Below are positions 13,897 to 22,868 of a stretch of DNA of 64,000 nt, in pieces. Position 1 is the stretch's first letter. Each line of letters begins with the position of its first letter. The DNA comes from Callorhinchus milii. Lineage: Eukaryota. The notes below the pieces were generated by a model, which had not been told where the DNA came from, did not search any database, and saw only the letters and a program-made list of their open reading frames with translations. The translations under genes were made by a program, and so were the position numbers. Where the stretch lies: NCBI RefSeq assembly GCF_018977255.1, contig NW_024704743.1:12960001-13024000 (forward strand), in the 5' to 3' direction.

Positions 13897-15210
13897 TTCA
13901 AGCAAACTACTTTCAAAGAAATGAAGTAGAGCAAACACATTTCTGTATAAAAATACATACTGACCATACCGCACAAAGACCAATATGGCCTGTATGATAC
14001 ATTCATTATGGCAATGTTTAAAATACAGTCAGTGAACCAAAGCTGTGAATGTAACAAAATAATACGAGCAATACATTAAATATTTAGATAAATTCATGAC
14101 AATAGTGACTTATTCTGAACAGACAGCTTGTTTGCAATATCCATCAAACCTTTATCAGCTCATGCTAGTGTTACTTCACAATTAGTTTAGGGTGGTTGTC
14201 AACCTTTTGCCTTTGGTCTTTAAGACTTTCTAAAATGTAATCTTCCTTATAAGTAACCGTATCACTTTAATTTATTAAATATCATATAGCAATAAAATTT
14301 CCAATGGTTTTATGAACAACAAAAGCACCAGCTAAAAGGTAGTGGTATTATGTTACCCAGAGAGTCTAACACTTACACAACCATGGTGTCATAATATACA
14401 TTCGAACCATACTACACTCAAACACAATGCCAGTTCGTACATTCAGATATTGGGATGCCAACATGATATAATCCAGTCTCTCTTGTGCTCAAACCAAATG
14501 TGTCAACGAAGGGTTAATGCTGTGTCAAAAGTCTCTCTCTTGACATCGTAGGGAATATTTGTTACTCAACAACACTTACAAAAGTGAGGTAGATTCAAAT
14601 TTTAAAAAAGTTCTATAACTAGGTTGAATCATTTTTCTTTAAAAAAAAGTCTGAAATATATTAAACTGAGCATCTGCACTTTGTGATAATTCTATGTACA
14701 GAAATGTCTTGAATGCGTCTTCCGAAAACATTGTTTCAGCTGATGTATTGAATGTCACTCCCTGTCTTTAAGGGAAATCTTTTGACCGTATGACTTTGAA
14801 ATCCGCTTTGTCCATCCATTTAATCTTCTTGAGTGGGGATCCAGTGACAATCCAGTGACAGTGGGGATCTCTTTACTCCATTATACGCATCTGAGGCCTT
14901 TCTAACGACAGACACACTCCTTTCCAGCAGCTTGTGAACGGAAATTGCAGAGGTTTGTATCTCAGCTTACTTTAAGTAATCATGTTCCATTTTTAAGATT
15001 CATTTTTGTAAACTCCTTTCTGCTGTTGAATCTCCCTTTGTAAGGCTGAGTTGAGTGGTAGTCTAGGCTCCATCAGTTCTGGCAAACTCCACACTGAAGT
15101 GACACTCCCTGGTCCCTTGCCAGAACAGAATGGTAACCTATCCCATGGAAGCAGCCAAATACGTGCTGCTTTCTTTGACTGCAATAAAATCTCTACTAAT
15201 TGAGAACCTG

Positions 15211-15361
15211 TCAGCGCTTGCAGTCATTGCATTCTGTCATAGAGTTTGCCTTGGAAACCTGTAAGTGCTTCATGTTGATGTGGTTTTCTTGCATTAATTT
15301 CCTTATTTTGCTTATCCATTTCATCGATGTAGGCAAAATGTTTCCCTTTCTTGGCTTCAAC
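15211..15361 (-). CDS. EDN1: Preproendothelin-1 exon 5, coding part (K)LKPRKGNILPTSMKWISKIRKLMQENHINMKHLQVSKANSMTECNDCKR*
   Basis: Acceptor ttttaaAG at 15362-15363; phase 2 matches exon 4; open to TGA at 15211-15213. Protein similarity is weak, so support is mainly structural. Confidence 0.65.
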
Positions 15362-15643
15362 CTTTAAAATTAAAGCATAAATTACATTATTCTCTGCTCA
15401 GTAATGAAACTGTGTTGGCAGATCTATGAATGTTTGTCTTACAATAATTGCACACAAATAATTGAATTCTACTGATTATATATCAGAATTAATCCTGGCA
15501 TTTTGAACCAGAAGAGTACTTTCAGGTAAGAATTATAGCAATCTTTGAGAACCATCGGGCTGGACTTTGACAGTTAAAATGATTTTTACATATGGCATTA
15601 TCGCAGTTATTTATTTCATACGACTTTTGATTCAAAAGCTTAC

Positions 15644-15769
15644 TTTTTTGTGATGTTGCGGAGATGTATATAAGCACATTTTAGTGGATGACCTTTGCAG
15701 TCCTGTGTTGTTTGATGAATGCTACCTGGGTCTGCCTCTAGGCTGCGTTTTTGGTCTTTGATTTGAAAC
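15644..15769 (-). CDS. EDN1: Preproendothelin-1 exon 4 (W)FQIKDQKRSLEADPGSIHQTTQDCKGHPLKCAYIHLRNITK
   Basis: Acceptor ttcttctcaAG, donor GTAAGC, phase 2-2; DC-x5-KC-x-Y-x2-L pattern recalls EDN1 exon 4 (human DCSKLGKKCIYQQL). Confidence 0.8.
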
Positions 15770-16147
15770 CTTGAGAAGAAAACAATGATTTGTTTAAAAA
15801 TCAATACGTGCTTTGTATCTTTACTTGAAGTTACATTGAACAATAAATCATACCTCGACCAGCAACACATACGAAATAGCAAAAGAAATAATAAAATTAA
15901 TGTGTCCCTTTAAGTGATGCTTTCTGGTTTAAAAACAATCTCACTGCACTAATTGCTTTGCTTTCGTTGTCATCCAGTAAAACTGAATGCATCATATTTT
16001 TTCCAGCAAAACATCTTCCAGCTGAGACTATGCAAGAATGATCTAGCATGCTCATTGCGTAATGCATCCTTCAATGCAGGGTGGAGCCACAAGGTAAGAA
16101 TGTGTACCACAATGATCATACCTATTGGCAAGTAATGACATGCTAGG

Positions 16148-16480
16148 TATCAGCCTGATTCAGTTGGTAGCACTCTTGCTTTCCTTTTATTAGAAGGATA
16201 TGGGTTCAAATCCTGCGTGGGGAATTGATTTAGTCTGAAGGAGCACTACCATTGTAAGAGGTGCCATGCTTCAGATGAGATGATAAATCAAAACCTCATC
16301 TACCTGTTCAGGTGGATATTAACGAACCCATGACACTATTCGAAAAGAGAATTACGCCTGTTGTCCTTGTTAACAAATCCTCCATTTAAATTATTCATTC
16401 ACCTCCCGCATATTTATGGCACTGTATTTGCCTACAAATATACAATCACTACACAATAATTACTGTAAAATATTTTGAAA
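16148..16480 (+). mobile_element. Deu-domain SINE in EDN1 intron 3, antisense to the gene
   Basis: tRNA-like head (ttcagttggtagcactc...gggttcaaatcc) followed by gaggtgccatgcttcagatgag...caggtggatattaac. Confidence 0.7.
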
Positions 16481-16897
16481 TTTTTTGACAATTTCAGGAA
16501 GGTGTGAAATCCAGCGACAAGTCTCAAGTATTTTCCCAAAGGGTATAAGTTACAAATGCTAGATAGAGTGGGCAGAAGACTTGTTTTCTTTTAACTTTGT
16601 TAAATATTTGTGCCATCATGAAACTGGGTATTCCATGTGATTGCCGATTACATTGGTTTACAAATTACAAATGATGCTGTTGTTGTTTAGATTCCTAGAT
16701 ATTGCAGTCACGGAAAAATGACTTTTGCTAATTCATGTATGAGACATATGGGGGAGTCTAAGGGGGGGNTGGCGGTGAGAATGGGTAGAGGCTCATGTGA
16801 CATATAAACATCCACAAGAAACCAATTGTGCAATGGCCTGTTTCGGTGCAGTACACATTATGGAATGCGACTGCGAAAGAGGTGTTGTACTACATAC

Positions 16898-17056
16898 CAT
16901 CGTGCCTGGTGCCCATCTTCGCAGAACTGCCAGCACGAGCTGTCTTGCTGGTTGACGCATTTACATCTGGACTTTGAGACTGACGACATTGTCAAAGTGT
17001 TCTTCACCGATCGCCTGACTCGCGGAGAACTTCCCAGACCATACGGGACAATCCGC
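16898..17056 (-). CDS. EDN1: Preproendothelin-1 exon 3 (big-ET C-terminus, RVRR furin site, endothelin-like peptide)
   Basis: (E)RIVPYGLGSSPRVRR...SRCKCVNQQDSSCWQFCEDGHQAR; C-x-C-x7-C-x3-C at 16921-16965; acceptor ttttgtAG, donor GTATGT. Confidence 0.95.
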
Positions 17057-18285
17057 CTACAAAACAATAAAGCAATCCCCCATCAACAAACGTCATTGGC
17101 ACTGAGACTATTAATAAACAATATCAACAAGTATCTCAAACTAAATGAATGCTGCAGGCTAACCTTTTATACATTAGCCTGCAATATTTGTATTTTTCTC
17201 CCACAAAATATACAGTCAATCCGCTTTACAGTATATTCTATGAATCACTTTGAGACTTCTCAATGACATGATAAGGTGCTATATCAAATGCAAGGATTAT
17301 TATAATAAATGTAAATGTTTTGATTAATCTACCATGAACCTGACTGTTTGGCTCCAGTTATCGTAAATGAAGCATTTTGTAAAATCTGAAAATGTTCCCC
17401 CCCTTCTCCATCAAATCTTCTTGAAGTTTTTTGTACGGGTGAGGGCTGGGAGACAGCCAGCCTTAGTGCTGCCTAAAATCCTGGGATTGCACATTAGCCT
17501 TCTCTGCACCCTTCAATTCCTCAACACTAACACAGACTGAGAAACCCTTTTGCAGCCCTCAGTCTCCTGTCTTCTCTTTAGATCTAACACGGTTCTTTCC
17601 ATGGAAATGGTTTTAAGTGTCACTAGGATGACAGAACTGCCCGCAAGCCTTTTTTTCTGGAGAATTGCCCGCATGCTTTCTTGTACTGGGATAGGTTTAC
17701 ACTATACATCAACCTCAGGCGTGAGGACTGGGCAGTTGCACGCTACATAGGAATTCATCCTGACAGGTGTACATCGGTCTTTACAGTGAAATTGAAAATT
17801 CTAGAGAGATTTTATGAGATATCGGATATACCTTAGATCATATCAAATGTCACTGCCAGTTTACAAAGTATCTCAAACTACATGAATGCTGCGGGTATTA
17901 CACATTATTACACATTACACACTAGCCTGCAATATTTGTATTTTTCTCCCACAAAATATACAGTCAATCCGCTTTACAGTATATTTTACAAAGCCCTGTC
18001 TCTGAACTCCTGACATGACTAAAATAAAACTTTTACTTTCATTTCATTTGCGGTAAGGTGCAAAAAAAAAACTTGGAATTTCACACTGTAGCTTCCTCTA
18101 CACATAATAATATAATAATAATAGCAATAATAGTCATTGCATTTGATATAGCGCCTTACAGCGTCTTCGAGACTTCTCAAACGCTTCACAGCATAAAATA
18201 CAAATACAATACACAGCATAGAATAAAATACAACCGACTCCACTGGTCATCCGATAGTCTCTGAAGGCGCGGTGCAGTCACTTAC

Positions 18286-18460
18286 TCTGGTGTGTTGATC
18301 CAGATGATGTCCAGGTGACAGAAGTAGATGCACTCCTTGTCCAGGAATGATGAGCAGGAGCAGCGCTTGGAGCGGCTGAGCCGCCGGGGAGCGAGGCTCA
18401 CTGTGGGGTCGCCAGAGGGAGCGGCTGATGCGGCCACTGCAGCGCCTGACACCGGGGACC
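18286..18460 (-). CDS. EDN1: Preproendothelin-1 exon 2 (mature endothelin [21 protein letters not shown] at 18300-18362)
   Basis: RSKR furin site followed by the 21-aa endothelin signature and INTPE; acceptor tgacAG, donor GTAAGT. Confidence 0.97.
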
Positions 18461-20082
18461 CTGTCAGACAGAGAGGGGGGAGAGGTTCAGTCTCGGGGGG
18501 AGAGAGAGAGAGAGAGAGAGACGAGTAGACAGAGACACAAACCGAGAAAATAAGACGATTATACCCGAGTGTGGAGTCGGGCAGACAATCACAGGACAGG
18601 GGGGGAGCGGACTCTGCATCAGATGGTTTCATTGTAACTTGGATTGGAAATCAGAGATGGGTTTGAGGTAACTTCTGATGAAGAGCGTTTTGACAAGTTT
18701 TAAAACTTCGATGTTTGTGAGACATCGAAGTCCATCAGCTTTTTCAGCTGATGACAATGCTGCTGATCCTTTAACCTCACAAAGCTGGTGAAATGGTAAC
18801 AAATTCACCATTATATATGCATATATGTGTGTGTGTGTGCATCAGTTTGTTGTCCAGGTAAACCAGTCGAGAAAACGCCAGCACTATAGGTTAAACGATG
18901 AATAACATCATTTTTTAAAAAAAGTTAGATCTGAGATGGGAGAACTTTGCCACTTTTTGCTTTGAATGGAGATGGTGTGAGAGGGAGAGGAGAGGCAGTA
19001 GCAGCCACAGCATCAATCAATCAATCAATCAATTAATCAATCAATCAATCAATCAATCAGTGTGTCTCACTGCAGCTCCCCGGCTCCTACCATCTGGAGT
19101 GGCCCCAGTTAGCAGCGGCTGTGTATTTGGGCAACCAATACACAGCTACAATCACTTATAACAAAAGCATGAAATAGTAATAATAATAATAATAATATTA
19201 ATCCTTGCAATCACGGCTTTGAATTCACTGTTTATTTTCTGGGCGGAACGCTCTGTTGAATTTCTGCCGAGAGTTTGGGGAAAGTTCGGTCCAAAAGATA
19301 ACAGCTGTTATTCTGAGAGGAGAGAGAGAGAGAGAGGGAGGGCACTGGGCAGGACATCAGTACCTTGGGCTGCTCTCCCTCCTGAAATCACAGTTCCGTT
19401 GATCGGCCAATAAATCATTGAAATAAGCCTCGAATATGAATCTACACAAAGACAAAGTCGCTGCGCTCCGGTACAGTGGGAGTGGGAGACACATATACGG
19501 AGCATTCGCGAGGCAACTGCACTGATTCCCACACAGTGAGCTCCGGGTCCGAGTGGGCGAGGGGCGGCCTCGGTGTGTACAGCGCACACACAGCGCTGGT
19601 CAGTGACCGCTGAAGCCGCGGAGGTGGTGTCATAAAACTTTGGGATCAGATCGCCCAGTCCTGATAAAGTGAGTTTCTGCCCCATTTCACCCTCGGGGTT
19701 GCCTCGGGTGTGTACGTCTCCATCAGGTAAAGCGGTGACAGTAAATAACACGCTTTGCCGAGAATAAAAACAGCCGTTCCTCTCACCAGCAAACTGGCAC
19801 ACAGTACATACTGACCTCCTTTTTTAAAATAAAATGTTTCACAGATTTGTATTATCAAACGATTTAAATGCACAGTATGTTTAAACATTTCATTTAGAGG
19901 TCGCTGGAAGGGGCTGTAAATCACCCCGTGCCCAGGTGTGACAATTGACAACCCGCAAATCCTCAACAGATGAATGTATTGAGTGTAACACTGTTTAAAA
20001 CGTTATGGACATCAGATGAACAGGTAGATTTGTTAAATCCCTGTATTCCCCCGTGTGTTCAACAACAACAAGAAACCCATAC

Positions 20083-20140
20083 CTGTTGAGAAGGACAGTC
20101 CCCACATGACGACCAGGAGACAAATGACGTTAAACTCCAT
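20083..20140 (-). CDS. EDN1: Preproendothelin-1 exon 1, coding part (signal peptide MEFNVICLLVVMWGLSFST)
   Basis: ATG in gcaATGG context, hydrophobic core, phase-1 donor GTATGG compatible with exon 2, about 175 nt downstream of a TATA box. Confidence 0.9.
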
Positions 20141-20313
20141 TGCACGAATTAAATGAAGAAGTTATAATAAGTTTCTTTCTGTTCTGCTCGTTCACGGAGC
20201 AAAGCGATGGAGAGTGAGTCTGTGCAGGTGGAGCAGGCGCGGGGTGTGAGCTCTCTGAGACTGTGCCTTTGCTGCTTCTGCTCTGCTGTGCTGTAGGTAT
20301 CGGCCACTTGTGC

Positions 20314-20410
20314 CTTTTATACAGCGCCGACTGATCTGTAAACAGCCCAACGTGTGTTATCCCGAAACAATGTTATTAGTCACCCAGAGTAGCTGTAGAC
20401 TGAGATAAGC
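20314..20410 (-). promoter_or_regulatory. EDN1: EDN1 proximal promoter: GATA, AP-1-like, SOX, RCGTG, FOX and TATA motifs
   Basis: Minus strand reads GCTTATCTC (20402-20410), GGTGACTAATAACATTGT (TGACTAA 20376-20382, ATTGTT 20366-20371), CACGTT (20349-20354), GCTGTTTAC (20338-20346), TATAAAAG (20314-20321); words and order match the mammalian EDN1 promoter as I recall it. Confidence 0.9.
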
Positions 20411-22220
20411 AACACGCTTGTCTTCAAAATAAACTCCCTCACAGACGGGGCGAGGCTAGTGCACAATATATATATATATATATATATAAAACCTCCCTTT
20501 TACCAGACTTCCTATGTGAAACGTGCCAACAGAGCCACACTTGCTACTAACTGAAGTGCCACACACAGCAACGTGCAAACAGCCAATTAGAAACTCCAGA
20601 CATCTAATATATTCCGAATCCCAAGAGCTGCCTAACTCAAAGGATCAAATGCAACGTTTTCTTTCTCTCCCGCTGTACAGAAACCCGGTCGCCTTTCCAG
20701 CCGCACCACCATTCGCTAACCACACGATCCCCCGCTTTCTGATCAGTCTGTTATCGCATCAGTTTCCACTGGATCCGCAACATCAACCAGATCAGCACCT
20801 CTACCTGTATCTGTCCGTCTAACTCACCAAACGCAATGCAGATCGCCGACCTGGGACATTAAAGGTCGGCTTTGGGTGTGCGGCAAGATCGATAAACCCC
20901 GCCAGGCCAAAAAACATAGAAAGCGCTGCTGTGTTGCTCACTCGGTGTTGTTGGTTTAACACCTTCAGAGCAGAGCGAAGCGAACAGCTGCAGCACAGCT
21001 CACTCTGACGGATCTGTGTGTTCCTGGGAACACAGGGCACAACTCTTCCTCTGGGTAACGGGTTTCATCTGATGATGATGATGATAATAATAATTATACG
21101 AACATTAAATATATGTTATGCTGTTCAACGCGGATCCTATTTCAACCTTATACACCTGAACGCGACGTTTGCACCTTATCCGACGCTCATCGCCAAATGA
21201 CAGCAAACAATGCAAACTCTGACCATCTGTAAACCGATCAATCCCTCGCTGGACGGCGCGGGCACTTACACGGGCTGCAGGCTTTAGCCATGGGCAATAT
21301 GTCTTAATCCATTAGAACAGTAGCTATTTGCCAAGTGATTACATGTCAGGAATTAGCCGGCGTTTCATTCATGTGGGTGATCTGAGGGTAACTAATAAAT
21401 AACCTTTGCTCTCCATCCATCTGCGGGGCTGTCAGCTGAGATTGACTGCATTAACGCTGCACATACTCTGGAGAATTGTTCTGGATATATATTTTACATA
21501 TTTTACATGTATCTGATGGAGTCACAGGCTGTGTTACTTGGTACACGAACACTCGGGGAACAGCGAGAAAACCATGGGAATCTGGATTTTAAAAATCAGA
21601 CAGGGCATCACAATAATAATAATTATTATGGAAAAGCACATACTGGAAATCTACCGCTCGTCATTTCACATCTGAGCTCAAAGGTTAAGAGAACGAGTTA
21701 GGTACAGAGGTGTGAGGTGCCCAGTGCAATGTCACCACAGATCATCAATATCATCACAGTTCCCAAAGGGAACGTTAGCCCATCTTTGCCATCACATGCT
21801 GTACATTTCTACCATTTATTTGTGTTTATTTCCCCTTTTAAATTTTAGATTTCACAGCATCCGCCCTTTTCTTAATCACAGTTGTGACATTAACAAGGCA
21901 GGAGTGGAAAGGGAGGTGTATTGGGTGAGGAGTTGGTACAGTCACAGGATTGCCACTTTCATGATTTGCTAACCCCCCCCCCCCCCCCCCCCCCCCCACT
22001 CCACACACTCACACACACTGATAAATGGTTCTGTCTCCCATCTGGTCAATGCAATATTTTCCTCGGCAGTTTTCGCTTAAAGAAGGAAAGGTGTAAAGAG
22101 ATGCTCAGAGAAAGGAAATGCCAAATAAAGAACAGGTCAAATAACAGACATTCTGGTGTAGTCGCCTTCTGATGGCAACGTCTGATAACTAACTCCTGGA
22201 GAGCAAACAATTTCAACACA

Positions 22221-22405
22221 AGGCAAAATACTGCAGATGCTGGAAATCTGAAATAAAAACGGAACACGAAGCAGGTCAGTCGGGCAGCATCTATGGAGAG
22301 AGGAACGTGAATTCTGAGAGGTCATCGACCTGAAACGTTAGCTCATTTCCCTCTCCATAGATGCTGCCTGACCTGCTGCGTGTTCCCAGCGACTTCTGTT
22401 TGTAT
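22221..22405. mobile_element. Penelope-like element terminal (pseudo-LTR) remnant, foldback, with a decayed minimal hammerhead motif
   Basis: Inverted arms ggcagcatctatggagag (22283-22300) and ctctccatagatgctgcc (22351-22368) flank ctgagaggtcatcgacctgaaac; resembles a common shark PLE-associated repeat (recall). Confidence 0.7.
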
Positions 22406-22851
22406 ATTAAACGATTTCAACCGGCGTTTCACCATCGGTTCGTAACATCTTTCATACGAATTTGGAAGAGCGAGTGATGTTTGATGTGCTCTCAAGCTAA
22501 ATGTTACCTCTGAATACATCTTTCCTGGCCACAGCTTCCTTCCTGATCACTCATAGCACTGAATTCCTGGGTAGGGTTGTGAGATTTGCCCGTTCAAAAT
22601 GACACATTGCTTTGGCAATTTGAGACCAAGTTTAAAGTGAAAGTAATTGGGGTTAATGTGGTTTGGTTTCGCCTTTGAGAGGCTGTCACTGTCTCCCAAA
22701 TGTCAGCACCTGTATCCACTGTGGGGGAAACACTGCCATCTCGCCGCTTCGCCACTTTCCGAGACTCTTCAAATAATTAGCTTTATTCTGTAGCTATTCT
22801 GAGTCAAACAAACCCCAGTGATCCTTCACCAAATTCCGTGTGAGGTCGCTC

Positions 22852-22868
22852 CACCACTAGAGGGCATT
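22852..22868 (+). promoter_or_regulatory. Candidate CTCF site
   Basis: CCACTAGAGGGCA at 22854-22866 fits the CTCF core CCASYAGRKGGCR with no mismatch; about 2.5 kb upstream of the EDN1 TSS. Confidence 0.55.

Larger units (their letters stand above)
13870..20290 (-). other. EDN1: Preproendothelin-1 gene span (5 exons, approximate TSS to poly(A) site)
   Basis: Five exons with GT-AG junctions and compatible phases (1,2,2,2) join to a 669-nt ORF (222 aa); TATA box upstream, AATAAA downstream. Position downstream of HIVEP1 on the same strand and the promoter motifs support EDN1 rather than EDN2 or EDN3. Confidence 0.9.

Noticed and set aside
16769..16769. Single ambiguous base n after a G run in EDN1 intron 3
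   Set aside because: Sequencing or assembly uncertainty, not biology.
16826..17266. 146-aa plus-strand ORF antisense to EDN1 exon 3
   Set aside because: No recognisable domain and it ends in SINE sequence; probably a chance ORF.
18461..18632. N-terminal extension of the 116-aa endothelin ORF
   Set aside because: Intronic read-through across a (CT)n tract; a good acceptor at 18461-18462 and a signal-peptide exon at 20083-20140 explain the gene.
19013..19058. (TCAA)n, also (TA)n at 20466-20487 and poly-C/G runs at 21973, 26872 and 54002
   Set aside because: Ordinary microsatellites with no evidence of function.
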